A stretch of 64,000 nt of DNA from an uncultured Tenacibaculum sp. (GCF_947498805.1 NZ_CANMLT010000012.1:181-64180); one strand, 5' to 3'. Shown: positions 19,804 through 29,557, numbered from the stretch's first letter. A program made the numbers and translations. The notes: generated from the letters alone by a model not told the origin.

Positions 19804-21114
19804 ATGAACAAAAAAACAAACAAGCAACAGCTTACGGCAATAGTAATCATAGCCAGCTTATTCTTTATTTTTGGTTTTGTTACTTGGGTAAATGGCGCCT
19901 TGATTCCATTTATGAAAACCATTAATGAGCTTACCGAATCTCAATCGTATTTAGTAGCTTCTGCTTCTTATATTTCTTTTGTATTAATGGCATTACCTGC
20001 CTCCTATTTACTTAACAAAATAGGGTATCAAAAAGGAATGTCTGTCGGTTTAATTATCATGGGAATTGGTGCCTTAGTCTTTATCCCTGCTGCCAATGCA
20101 AGAACCTACTCTTTATTTCTTTTAGGTATTTTTATTCAAGGTACAGGAATGACGATCTTACAAACCGCAGCCAACCCTTATATTACCATTTTAGGTCCTT
20201 TAGAAAGTGGTGCAAAACGTATTGCTATTATGGGAATTTCTAATAAAGTAGCCGGCGCTTTAGGTTCTTTAATTTTTGGTTCTTTGTTACTTTCTGGAAT
20301 TGATGAAATCAATGCACAGCTGTTACATATAAGTGATGATGAAAAGGCTGATGTACTCAATACTATGGCCAACAGTGTAATTACTCCTTATGTGGTAATG
20401 GCTATTGTTCTTTTTGTACTAGGTATTTTAATTCGTTGGGCTCCTTTACCAGAAGTACATCCACAAGAAAGTGAAGAAACGGAAACTAGTACAAATCAAA
20501 AAACTTCTATTTTTCAGTTCCCTCATTTATGGTTAGGAGTTATTACCTTATTCTTATATGTAGGTGCAGAGGTTATTGCTGGAGATACGATTATTGCGTA
20601 CGGAATCTCACTAGGAATCTCAGCTTCAGAAGCTAAATTCTTTACCACATTTACCTTAATGGCCATGGTAGCTACTTATATTTTAGGTGTTATTTTAATT
20701 CCAAAATACCTCAAACAACAAACTGCCTTAAAAATAAGTGCCGTGTTAGGAATTGTTTTTACCCTTTTAATAATGAATACAACAGGGTTTACTTCTATCT
20801 TATTTGTTGCTGCTTTGGGTATTGCCAATGCTTTGGTATGGCCCGCTGTATGGCCTTTGACATTAAACGGATTAGGTAAATTTACCAAAACCGCTTCTGC
20901 CTTATTAATTATGGCCATTGCAGGAGGAGCCGTTATTCCTCCGTTATTTGGTAGACTTATAGATCATTATAAAGAACATTATATAACAACAGGAATCTCT
21001 GAAGTAACTGCTTTGGCGAAAGCCTCTACCGAGAGTTACTGGATTTTAATTCCGTGTTATGTTTTTATTCTATTTTATGCGGTTTACGGACATAAATTAG
21101 GATTAAAAAAATAA
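19804..21114 (+). CDS. MFS sugar transporter of the glucose/galactose (FHS, NagP-like) family
   Basis: 12-TM profile. Motifs FFIFGFVTWVNGALIPF and TAANPYITILGP are typical of GluP/NagP-type permeases. Sits in a GlcNAc locus. Confidence 0.8.
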   Translation: MNKKTNKQQLTAIVIIASLFFIFGFVTWVNGALIPFMKTINELTESQSYLVASASYISFVLMALPASYLLNKIGYQKGMSVGLIIMGIGALVFIPAANARTYSLFLLGIFIQGTGMTILQTAANPYITILGPLESGAKRIAIMGISNKVAGALGSLIFGSLLLSGIDEINAQLLHISDDEKADVLNTMANSVITPYVVMAIVLFVLGILIRWAPLPEVHPQESEETETSTNQKTSIFQFPHLWLGVITLFLYVGAEVIAGDTIIAYGISLGISASEAKFFTTFTLMAMVATYILGVILIPKYLKQQTALKISAVLGIVFTLLIMNTTGFTSILFVAALGIANALVWPAVWPLTLNGLGKFTKTASALLIMAIAGGAVIPPLFGRLIDHYKEHYITTGISEVTALAKASTESYWILIPCYVFILFYAVYGHKLGLKK

Positions 21115-21119
21115 GAGAT

Positions 21120-22211
21120 ATGCAACGCATTCAATCAGTAGATATATTAAGAGGACTTACCATTTTAGCAATGATATTGGTGAACAACCCTGGTGATTGG
21201 GGACATGTATTTGTCCCATTGCTGCATGCCGAATGGCATGGATTAACCCCCACAGATTTAATCTTTCCTTTTTTTATTTTTATTGTTGGTGTTTCTATTG
21301 CTTTAGCGTATCAACATAAAACCCCCTCCAAAGCTATTTATAAAAAAACACTCATTCGTAGTGTTAAGCTCATAGCCCTTGGACTATTTTTAAATTGGTT
21401 TATTCCCTATTTCCCCTTTTTAGAAAGTTATAAAACTGTTAGACTTCCTGGTGTATTACAACGAATAGGAATTGTGTTTTTTATCACATCACTTTTATAT
21501 CTAAATTGTAATAATAAAACATTATTGCATATTTCGTTCTGGGGGCTTGTGAGCTATTTTATACTATTAGCTTATATACCATTACCAAATGGAGAATTAC
21601 CTAGCTTAGAAAGAGTGCCTAACAATTGGGCAAATTATGTTGATGTACAGCTATTAGGAAATCACTTATGGAAACCCGATTATGATCCTGAAGGTTTGCT
21701 TAGTACCATTCCTGTCGTTATCAGTTGTATCATTGGAGTATTGATAGGAAAAGTACTGCTCTTAAAAAACACCAACACCAAACTAAAATACTTGTTAGCT
21801 AGTGGAAGCGCAGCCTTATTGATAGGATATGTATGGAATATATTCTTCCCTATAAACAAAGCTATCTGGAGTAGTAGTTTTGTTTTGGTTACTGCTGGTT
21901 GGGCTATTTTATTGCTATTGATTTTTTATTATATCGCAGATGTGCAACAAAAGACATTTGGTAAATTGTGTATCTATGTAGGTACCAATGCCATTACTAT
22001 TTATTTCTTGTCTTCATTAATTGCCAAAGTTTTTTACTTGGTTAAGGTAAACGAGCAGCAAAACATACATAGCTTTTTATACGAACATTTGTATACCAGC
22101 ATCATTTCTCATCATAAACTAGCCTCTCTGTTATATGCATTCACTGTAATGCTATGTTATATCCTTTTAGGGTTTATTTTATTTAAAAGACGAATTTTTA
22201 TTAAAGTATAA
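21120..22211 (+). CDS. HGSNAT/DUF1624-DUF5009-like membrane protein (NagX-like)
   Basis: N-terminus RIQSVDILRGLTILAMILVNNPGDWG followed by about 10 TM segments. This family is often linked to nagP. Confidence 0.7.
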   Translation: MQRIQSVDILRGLTILAMILVNNPGDWGHVFVPLLHAEWHGLTPTDLIFPFFIFIVGVSIALAYQHKTPSKAIYKKTLIRSVKLIALGLFLNWFIPYFPFLESYKTVRLPGVLQRIGIVFFITSLLYLNCNNKTLLHISFWGLVSYFILLAYIPLPNGELPSLERVPNNWANYVDVQLLGNHLWKPDYDPEGLLSTIPVVISCIIGVLIGKVLLLKNTNTKLKYLLASGSAALLIGYVWNIFFPINKAIWSSSFVLVTAGWAILLLLIFYYIADVQQKTFGKLCIYVGTNAITIYFLSSLIAKVFYLVKVNEQQNIHSFLYEHLYTSIISHHKLASLLYAFTVMLCYILLGFILFKRRIFIKV

Positions 22212-22558
22212 TGAAAAGCAACATCCATATTACCTACTATAATTCCTATTACCACATGGAGTTGAAAGAAAAACAATCCTTTGCATTTTTCAATAGGTTC
22301 ACCAACTGGTTAAGTGCAGAGTTTGATTTGTTGTTACAGGAACAGTTAAAAAATGAGCTAATCATTTACTACCCAAATGGTAGTATTGTAATCAAATATC
22401 ATAACAATTCACAAACGCTTACCATGAGCGTTAAAAACAAAATTGAAAAAGACTGTATTCGCATAGCTGATACTGTAATGAATAGCTATTCTTTTTTACA
22501 AAGCAGTATTCACCTTTTTCATGAACCACAACTAGCATCAAAATATATTAACTGCTAA
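22211..22558 (+). CDS. hypothetical protein
   Basis: 115-aa ORF whose ATG overlaps the upstream stop (TAATG). No motif recognised. Confidence 0.4.
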   Translation: MKSNIHITYYNSYYHMELKEKQSFAFFNRFTNWLSAEFDLLLQEQLKNELIIYYPNGSIVIKYHNNSQTLTMSVKNKIEKDCIRIADTVMNSYSFLQSSIHLFHEPQLASKYINC

Positions 22559-22560
22559 AA

Positions 22561-22586
22561 AGCCCCAACTAATTTTAGTTGAGGCT
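22561..22586. terminator. bidirectional terminator hairpin
   Basis: agccccaact / agttgaggct stem with one mismatch. A-run on the left, so it reads as a hairpin plus T-run for the minus-strand protease gene. Confidence 0.55.
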
Positions 22587-22652
22587 TATGATTTAAAAAA
22601 TAAAACTATTGACTAAAACATGTTTTGTCAATTCTTGGTAATTCAATATTGC

Positions 22653-25199
22653 TTACTCTTTTATAAACTTAAGTACCTTTTGTTCTTTTTCAGTTTTTAA
22701 CTCAAAGAAGTAAACTCCGTTTGGTAATCTTGAAACATCAATGTTTTTGGTTGCTTTTCCAAATTGCACTACGCTACCTACCACATTAACAATACGATAT
22801 TTAGCATTTGACAATGATGCTGTTTTAATGTTTAAAAAGTTTGATGTTGGATTAGGGAAAACTGTAATTTTCGAGATGTTACTATTGATTGAGAATCCTC
22901 CCCAATCGTCACCCCAATCATCTCCCCAGTCGTCGCCCCAGTCATCACCCCAATCTGATTTGGTGGTTACACTGATTTCATTACTACTAGAAGAAACATT
23001 ACCTGCTGCATCTTTTGCTTTTACAGAAAACTTATACGCTGTATCAGCTGTTAAACCTGTTACGTTATAGTTGGTAGCTGTTACCGTTGTTAACTTTGTA
23101 GTTCCTCTATATACATCATACCCTGTTACAGCAACATTATCGGTTGAAGCTGTCCAGTTTAAAGCTAAAGTAGTTTTCTCAACATTGGTTGCTTTTAAGC
23201 TTGTTGGTGCTGTTGGTGCTTGTGTATCTTTAGCAGCTTCTTTCTTAGTGGTAAAGTTAATTGAAGTGCCATATGCAGAGTTTTTAGTAGCACATTTACT
23301 ACGCACTTGTACGTCATACTTTGTTTCTGCTGTTAAGCCTTCAATTGTATAACTATTTGTAGTTGCTTCTTTAGTTGTCCAATTTGTAGTTCCAGATTTA
23401 CGGTATTGTACATCGTATTTTGCTCCAGCTACCGCAGTCCATTCTACCTTAGCTTCCGTTTCCGTTACGTTATTTGCAACTACATTTGTTGGTACTGTTG
23501 CATTACATACTACTGGTGCTCCTTTTAATCCTGTTACGATTAAAGAAAAGTTCTGACTATTTCCTGTTAAAGTTCCTTTATGAGTAACTGTGATTGTATA
23601 GGTTCCTGATGCATTTGCAACATCTACTCTTTCGTAAGGATCTACTTTATTGTCTCCTTTGGTATTGGTGCTTACTCCTGTTAATTTCCAAGGATTGTAA
23701 GTTGTAGTTCCTTTTTTAACTCTAATATCTAAATCATTTACTAAAACAGCCGTTGATTGATTTGCTTTTTCTGTAGCCGTACCTGGTCTATCTGTCCAAG
23801 AAATTGATGCTAATAATGGACTTTTCCCATCAGACTCTACCGTTAAGGTATACGATTTTCCTGATGCTAATGTTAACTCTTTAATTTGAGCCTCTTTACC
23901 TGCTTGCGTAATGGCTACAGCCGCTGCTTTCGAATTCAACAATCCCCATCCAAAAATGGCATCTGGTCCAGTTGAACCTGCATCATCAGCAGTATGTAAA
24001 GCCAAACCTTTTAAGGTAGCTGCTTTCATAAAGTTATTGTTCTTATTCTTATAATGTTGTTGTAATAACAATAAAGAACCCGTTACATTTGGTGCTGCCA
24101 TCGATGTTCCTGTCATTTCAACATAATCATCGTTAACATTTCCGTCACTATTGTTTTGTCCAGATGCCTTGTCGTAACTAGGAAAGTGAGTAGCTGAGTA
24201 TACTCCTGCTCCGTTTCCTGCAATATCTGGTTTGATACGTAAATCATCTGTTGGCCCTTCACTACTTGAGTTGTGAATTTGCACTGAGATTAACTTTCCA
24301 CTTGCGTCAACATTTGCATCTTTTGCATTGGCCACTACTAAATTATTCTTACAAGTAGCATGACCAGATAATTTATCATAAGCTTTGTTTCCATTTAATG
24401 GTTCTGCATTCGAGCTTTCATCCTGTCCATCATTACCAGCTGCTACTACCATTAAATAATTTGGTGTATTAAACATCAATTCATCCCAATCACGAGAAAC
24501 TTTAATGTATGCTCCAAAATAATAATCTGGAATTTGTTGTGCTCCATAACCATATGAGTGGTTCGAGAGTATCATTCCATTAGATGCTGCATTTGTTGCT
24601 TCCGACTTATCATTGTTCCAATCATTTCCAATGGCAGATGCATAAGGAGCCATTCCTTTTGCTTTCGCCACTTTTCCTGACGCTACAATAGTAGCTGTTA
24701 CATGCTCTGCGTGAAAGTTTAATGTAGAAGATCCATCACCTACAGATACTCTATTGTTTCCTCCTGTTCCGTCATATTCTTGATGGTCTTTATTGGGTAC
24801 TCCTCCATCCCATACATAGGCTTTCATTCCTTGACCTAATAAATTTAAGCCTAAGGAACCTCCATTATGTAAGTGATTTGTTCTTGTTGATTTTGCCGCG
24901 TCTACATTAAATGTTGTATAATAAATAGGTTTACCATCTACAACTTCTTGAAGTTCCATATAGGTACCATCCTTTTTAAAAATGGTAGTTTCCCATCCTT
25001 TTTGCTTAGCTATTTTATAAGCTTCTTCTTTTTTATTGTTGCTTTCTTTTTGAAAATTACTACTTAATCTTTGTAGTTTTTTTAAATCATAACTGCCACG
25101 TATAGATTCTACTTCTTGTTTGTTCTGTGCTTGTACTTGATAACTCGTTCCTAGAAGAACAGACGATAGGACCATCGCCTTTAAATAATTGTTTTTCAT
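22653..25199 (-). CDS. secreted subtilisin-family (S8) serine protease with two FN3 domains, a DWGD repeat linker and a T9SS C-terminal sorting domain
   Basis: Signal peptide. Catalytic D (VWDGGV), H (HAEHVTATI) and S (TGTSMAAPNVTGS). FN3-like EAKVEWTAV...YDVQVRS and LALNWTAS...YKFSVKA. C-terminus ITVFPNPTSNFLNIK...GVYFFELKT is a Por/T9SS CTD. Confidence 0.9.
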   Translation of the reverse strand: MKNNYLKAMVLSSVLLGTSYQVQAQNKQEVESIRGSYDLKKLQRLSSNFQKESNNKKEEAYKIAKQKGWETTIFKKDGTYMELQEVVDGKPIYYTTFNVDAAKSTRTNHLHNGGSLGLNLLGQGMKAYVWDGGVPNKDHQEYDGTGGNNRVSVGDGSSTLNFHAEHVTATIVASGKVAKAKGMAPYASAIGNDWNNDKSEATNAASNGMILSNHSYGYGAQQIPDYYFGAYIKVSRDWDELMFNTPNYLMVVAAGNDGQDESSNAEPLNGNKAYDKLSGHATCKNNLVVANAKDANVDASGKLISVQIHNSSSEGPTDDLRIKPDIAGNGAGVYSATHFPSYDKASGQNNSDGNVNDDYVEMTGTSMAAPNVTGSLLLLQQHYKNKNNNFMKAATLKGLALHTADDAGSTGPDAIFGWGLLNSKAAAVAITQAGKEAQIKELTLASGKSYTLTVESDGKSPLLASISWTDRPGTATEKANQSTAVLVNDLDIRVKKGTTTYNPWKLTGVSTNTKGDNKVDPYERVDVANASGTYTITVTHKGTLTGNSQNFSLIVTGLKGAPVVCNATVPTNVVANNVTETEAKVEWTAVAGAKYDVQYRKSGTTNWTTKEATTNSYTIEGLTAETKYDVQVRSKCATKNSAYGTSINFTTKKEAAKDTQAPTAPTSLKATNVEKTTLALNWTASTDNVAVTGYDVYRGTTKLTTVTATNYNVTGLTADTAYKFSVKAKDAAGNVSSSSNEISVTTKSDWGDDWGDDWGDDWGDDWGGFSINSNISKITVFPNPTSNFLNIKTASLSNAKYRIVNVVGSVVQFGKATKNIDVSRLPNGVYFFELKTEKEQKVLKFIKE
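22897..22955 (-). repeat. five tandem 12-bp units encoding (DWGD)n
   Basis: The protein reads SDWGDDWGDDWGDDWGDDWGG. The DNA units differ at synonymous positions (gtcacc, atctcc, gtcgcc, atcacc). Confidence 0.85.
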
Positions 25200-25641
25200 T
25201 TCTGAAGGGTTAATTTATTATTAAATAATTTCGGATTAAAATTAGATTCCCTTCTTTAATAAAAAGTTCAGTTTTACAATACTAACACAAAAAATAAGTT
25301 CATTTTTATAATTGTTTACACTTAACAAATTACCAACAAACCCGCATAAAAACAGTTAATTGAGGTCTTATTACTATAGAAAGATGTAGTCATTTAAATA
25401 GTCTCATTTTATTTCCGTTTTCTGGTATCTAAGTAGCTATTCTCTTCATTCCTCCTTCAAAAAACCATCAACAAAAGGTTTCTAAAACATTAATTAAGAG
25501 AGTGAATTGATTTTTTTTTTTAAGAAAGAATAAGTTTATGATATCTCATTCCCATAGGAATAGGAATTTATTGAAGTTTCATAGGAAGCACTAGTTTTGT
25601 AAAAAACTAAGACTTTATTAGCCATGAAGTAAGGTACTCAA

Positions 25642-26790
25642 TTAAGCGTCCTTTTCTTTTCTAAATTGCTTTCTATATTGTGTAGGCGTCATGTCCGTAT
25701 ACTTTTTAAATGCATTGTAAAAAGTAGTCTTATTGTTAAAACCTATGTCTATAGCAATAGCAAAAATGGTATCAGGATTCTCCACTAACAGTTTCTTCTT
25801 GGCTTCTTCTATTCTAAAAGAATTGATATAATCTGGAAAACTATTCTGTGTGTTCTCATTAATAGCTTGGGAGATATGCGGAATTGGTCTTGCTAGTTTT
25901 TTAGAAACCTTATCCATCTTTAGTTCAGAATCAAGGTATAATTTTTCATCTCGAACTAAAGTATCTATCTCATTAAAAAGTGCTAGTGAATCAATTAAAG
26001 TAGATCCTTTGTACTTTTCTTTATCTACTTCATACAAAGATGGTAAATCTTCATATTTACCTGAATAAGCAAACACAGGAAAATACATCATCGATATAAT
26101 TAGAAAAATAAAAAATATCGATTTTAATATCTTTTCTACAAATAAAATATGCGTTAAATTATCTCTATTAAAAGACAACAACACTGTATTTAAAAGTACA
26201 ATGGTATAGAGCACTATTGAAAAAACCAAGATAATCTTTCCCCATTTATAATACAGTGCTTTACTCGAACCTAAATCGACAATTAACGGCGCCTTTTTTA
26301 ATGTTCCATAGGCTATAATTGTTAATATCAAATTGAAAGCCGCCATAATAAACTCATCTGTATTGGCAAGTATTATTGAGAGCTTAGCATTGGCTTCTGC
26401 CAAATTATCAATATTAGATGTATCTTGTTTTATAAGAAACCCTGTAATCAAAGAATAAATAAGCAATGCTCTTACTACGGTAACTCCAAGAGCAGTAATT
26501 ATAATGGTTTTAAGATGGTTGGTTTGACCAGTAATGGCAGAGACAAATAGTAATAAAAAAAATCCTATCAAATGCGATACTAACAATGCTATATAGGTAA
26601 ATATGCTGTAACGAGGAGTAGCACCTAACGTCATGAGATAATCAGACAACGCCGATAAGGTAAAAATACTAATCACCCCTATGATAGCAAGTTTAGCGTA
26701 TACGTTTTTACCTAAATTATGCTTATTGAAAAAAATAAAAATAATAAGAGCTATACCAATAATAATATTGATAAAAGACAGGTTGTCCAT
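25642..26790 (-). CDS. membrane-anchored AraC-family transcriptional regulator
   Basis: About 250 aa of TM helices followed by an AraC HTH region (KVSKKLARPIPHISQAINE...FNNKTTFYNAFKKYTDMTPTQYRK). Confidence 0.75.
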   Translation of the reverse strand: MDNLSFINIIIGIALIIFIFFNKHNLGKNVYAKLAIIGVISIFTLSALSDYLMTLGATPRYSIFTYIALLVSHLIGFFLLLFVSAITGQTNHLKTIIITALGVTVVRALLIYSLITGFLIKQDTSNIDNLAEANAKLSIILANTDEFIMAAFNLILTIIAYGTLKKAPLIVDLGSSKALYYKWGKIILVFSIVLYTIVLLNTVLLSFNRDNLTHILFVEKILKSIFFIFLIISMMYFPVFAYSGKYEDLPSLYEVDKEKYKGSTLIDSLALFNEIDTLVRDEKLYLDSELKMDKVSKKLARPIPHISQAINENTQNSFPDYINSFRIEEAKKKLLVENPDTIFAIAIDIGFNNKTTFYNAFKKYTDMTPTQYRKQFRKEKDA

Positions 26791-26967
26791 AGTTGTGCGT
26801 TGCTTTTTAAGATTGGTAAATATAAAGAAAGAATAATATCAAATCACTTACTTCCAAACAATTAAAACCGAAGTTTTCAACCATGTCTAAACTATTTTTG
26901 AATTCAATAGTTGGTACGCTTTTCTTTACTAACAGCTCGTAAACGTCCAAAAAACAAGGTCTCTATG

Positions 26968-27837
26968 TTAATAACGTTTTCTAAAAGCAGTTGGACTTTC
27001 ACCTGTTTTAAGTTTAAAAAACTTAGAAAAATGCGAATAGTTTTCAAAGCCTAATTCATAAGCAATATCGGTTAGTTGTTGTTTTGAATGTACCAATAAT
27101 CGTTTTGCTTCCAACACTACTTTCTCATACAGCAAATCCGTAACAGTTTTGTCTAAAACTTCCTTAGAAATTCTGTTTAAATGTCTTACCGACATATGTA
27201 ATTTATCGGCATAAAATGCGGCTTTTTTATGTTCCTTAAAATGTCTAGTTATCAAGTCATCTAGCTTGTGAATAACGATAATGTTGTTCACCGTTTGTTT
27301 GGGCTGTGGTGTATTTTCTTGATTATACAATCGTATAAAATCTATATAGAGCAGATTTACCAAGCTCAATAAGGAAGCTCTTTTTAAAATTTCATCGGTA
27401 TGATACTCTTCATTAATTCTTTGAAAAGAGGTACTAAAGGAAGCTATTTTGTCTTTGGGTAAATCAATTAAAGACTCATGTAAGGTATAAAAAGGAAACT
27501 CATTTAAATTCAATTCACTCATACTGAGTCTAAAAAACTCTAGGGTATGGAAAAAGATAAAACCTTTTACCGAAGATGTAAAACTCCAAAAGTGAGATTG
27601 CCCTGGTTTTAAGAAAAACACCCGTCCTGGTTTTACTTCATAAGTGGTAAAATCTATTTCATGCTTCCCTTTCCCTTCAATAATCAATACACATAAATAA
27701 AAACTATGCTTATGTGGCTGACTAAAATAGCGTTCGTTTCTTTTTAAATGGACATCTAATTCATTGCTATAAAAGTAATCTTCAACTGCTATTGAAGGCT
27801 GAAAATTTTCAATGTTTAAAATCGGAATCATACACAA
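26968..27837 (-). CDS. AraC-family transcriptional regulator (cupin plus HTH)
   Basis: Cupin-like N-terminus (HKHSFYLCVLIIEGKG). C-terminal AraC HTH (LHMSVRHLNRISKE...GFENYSHFSKFFKLKTGESPTAFRK). Confidence 0.85.
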   Translation of the reverse strand: MCMIPILNIENFQPSIAVEDYFYSNELDVHLKRNERYFSQPHKHSFYLCVLIIEGKGKHEIDFTTYEVKPGRVFFLKPGQSHFWSFTSSVKGFIFFHTLEFFRLSMSELNLNEFPFYTLHESLIDLPKDKIASFSTSFQRINEEYHTDEILKRASLLSLVNLLYIDFIRLYNQENTPQPKQTVNNIIVIHKLDDLITRHFKEHKKAAFYADKLHMSVRHLNRISKEVLDKTVTDLLYEKVVLEAKRLLVHSKQQLTDIAYELGFENYSHFSKFFKLKTGESPTAFRKRY

Positions 27838-27922
27838 ATGTCTTAATTAGACAAATTTAAGCAACTTATAGATAACATTTCTCTAAACGAAGCACTATAC
27901 TTTTGCAGCAAATTTATATCGT

Positions 27923-28276
27923 ATGAAATCAGTTATAGCAATACTTTCTAATAAATGTCCGAGGTGTAACAAAGGAAAAGTGTTTAAAAACGCTGTTTTT
28001 AATTTGTTTAAAATTGGAAAAATGGAAAAGAGCTGTTCTCATTGCGATTTTGTCTATGAAAAAGAGCCTGGTTTCTTCTTTGGAGCCATGTATGTAAGCT
28101 ATGGTTTAATTGTAGCCGAGAGTATTGCTGCTTTTATCATTTTTAGGCTGTTTTTAAAGTTAGATTGGTTTCTTAGTTTTGGTTTAATTGTGCTGTTATC
28201 ATTGCTATTGGTAGGTGTAAACTTTAAACTGTCTCGTTTGATCTGGATTTATTTGTTTGCTCCTAAAAAAGTATAA
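27923..28276 (+). CDS. DUF983-like small membrane protein
   Basis: CPRC...CSHC zinc-ribbon-like N-terminus followed by two TM helices. Confidence 0.7.
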   Translation: MKSVIAILSNKCPRCNKGKVFKNAVFNLFKIGKMEKSCSHCDFVYEKEPGFFFGAMYVSYGLIVAESIAAFIIFRLFLKLDWFLSFGLIVLLSLLLVGVNFKLSRLIWIYLFAPKKV

Positions 28277-28286
28277 ATACTTTTAG

Positions 28287-28401
28287 ACTATAATGCAAAT
28301 GCCTTTAGCATTATAATGGGAATGTCTTTAACACTATAAGGGAAACGCCTTTAACACTATAATGGGAATGCCTTTAAGACTATAATGGAAATGTCTTTAA
28401 G
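28287..28401. repeat. tandem array, 5 x 23 bp
   Basis: Units are actataatgcaaatgcctttagc, attataatgggaatgtctttaac, actataagggaaacgcctttaac, actataatgggaatgcctttaag and actataatggaaatgtctttaag. They are head-to-tail with no spacers. Confidence 0.9.
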
Positions 28402-28440
28402 ATTATTAGGCTATTAGTTTATGGCCTTTTTTATAAAAAC

Positions 28441-28468
28441 AAAAAGATGAACAGAAGTCCATCTTTTT
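28441..28468. terminator. AT-rich hairpin, possible bidirectional terminator
   Basis: aaaaagatg / catcttttt stem with a 10-nt loop. Confidence 0.4.
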
Positions 28469-28485
28469 ATGTGTTTTGGTTATGC

Positions 28486-28551
28486 TATGCTTGATTTTCT
28501 TGTTTTATCACGCGATACAATCGCGCGGGAGCAGGGGATACAATCGCGCGG
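28486..28551. repeat. copy 1 of a gene-trailing repeat element containing the palindrome CGCGAT-ACA-ATCGCG (with an internal 23-bp partial duplication)
   Basis: The 39-bp core 28486-28524 aligns without gaps to 29566-29604 (offset exactly 1080 bp, 36 of 39 identical), and weaker similarity continues to about 28537. gatacaatcgcgcgg recurs at 28514 and 28537. Confidence 0.85.
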
Positions 28552-28570
28552 AAGCAGTAACAAATATCTT

Positions 28571-29494
28571 TTAGTTTTTCATTATTTCAATTTCATTCGA
28601 TTTAAAATCAAATTCCACAAAAGTCGATTCTGTAGCAACCTTACATTTTATATTAAACTCATTTTCAAAAAACCGTTTACTAACACGAATCTTTCCCAGT
28701 GTTTTATAAACTAATGGCAATAATGGATCATAAAAACCGGGCAACGTTACAGATTGCTCTCCAACTTTAAACTGTTGTTCTTCTCTATTACTAAATATTA
28801 CTTGAATATAATCTTGATAAATTGTTGGTTCAGGAGTTCTAATATATCTTTTAGCCTCTTTGTCAATCTCAATAAAGCAGTTGATATAGTTTGCACTAAC
28901 CATACCTAAATTATGTATCATTAAGCTTATCTCAAAATTGTTTGTTTTAATGCTATTTAATAGAACAGATTCGGGATAAGCGGAAAGTACAATATTAATC
29001 TTAGGTTTTGATGCTCGATTAATCACATCTTTAACCTCCCAATCATCCATCGCAATAGCTTGAAAATTATATCTTTTATAATACTTCTTGTCTTGGGCTT
29101 GATGAGCAGTATTACTTTTGGGAATATCCAATACAAAAACACATTCTGTATCACTAAAATCTACTTTTATAATCTCAACGTTATCAATTCTTGGGGTAAT
29201 TCTTGAATTAATTACTTGCTCTATCCACTCCTCCGAAACCTTATTAGAATCAACGTAGTCAATACACTCAGCTTTACATTTATTAGACCCCGAATTAAAC
29301 TCTTGGATTCCATAAATTATAATACCTCCATTTGAATTTGCCATTGCTGAAACATCTTTAGAAAGATCATCTGACTTTGAACCAGCTTTATTCATGGAAT
29401 TATACAATGAAGCTGCACGTTTAAACTCAAGTGAATTACTTTCTTTTGCCTCGGTTCTTATATATTCATTTATCGCTTTAATATTCCATTCCAT
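28571..29494 (-). CDS. AlbA_2 (Schlafen-like, 'divergent AAA') domain protein with an unknown beta-rich C-terminal half
   Basis: ESNSLEFKRAAS...LSKDVSAMANSNGGIIIYGI matches the hallmark E-x4-EFK ... aFAN-x-GG-x-ll-G signature of PF04326. The last 150 aa or so show no recognised motif. Confidence 0.7.
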   Translation of the reverse strand: MEWNIKAINEYIRTEAKESNSLEFKRAASLYNSMNKAGSKSDDLSKDVSAMANSNGGIIIYGIQEFNSGSNKCKAECIDYVDSNKVSEEWIEQVINSRITPRIDNVEIIKVDFSDTECVFVLDIPKSNTAHQAQDKKYYKRYNFQAIAMDDWEVKDVINRASKPKINIVLSAYPESVLLNSIKTNNFEISLMIHNLGMVSANYINCFIEIDKEAKRYIRTPEPTIYQDYIQVIFSNREEQQFKVGEQSVTLPGFYDPLLPLVYKTLGKIRVSKRFFENEFNIKCKVATESTFVEFDFKSNEIEIMKN

Positions 29495-29557
29495 TTGTTA
29501 TACTTTGTTTAAATAATACTCTATCAATGTATTCCAATTACCTCAGAGGATCCAATC

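Noticed and set aside
25200-25641. 442-bp ORF-free region upstream of the S8 protease, as a possible ncRNA or mobile-element scar
   Set aside because: I found no terminator, no significant inverted or direct repeats beyond short ataggaa motifs, and no structured-RNA hallmarks. It is most simply a long promoter and leader region.
28287-28401. Possible CRISPR array, or a type III toxin-antitoxin RNA repeat array
   Set aside because: The units are contiguous (23 bp, no spacers) and there are no cas genes. For a ToxIN-like system the repeats should precede the toxin gene on the same strand. Here they lie beyond the 3' end and a hairpin, downstream of the minus-strand genes.
28469-28714. Plus-strand ORFs 28469-28714 and 29558-29773, with similar N-termini (MLDFLVLSRDTIA and MLGFLVLRRDTIA) that suggest a small paralogous protein family
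   Set aside because: The similarity is confined to the shared 40-bp repeat element. Beyond it, both ORFs run antisense through the well-supported AlbA_2 and KAP genes and lose all similarity.
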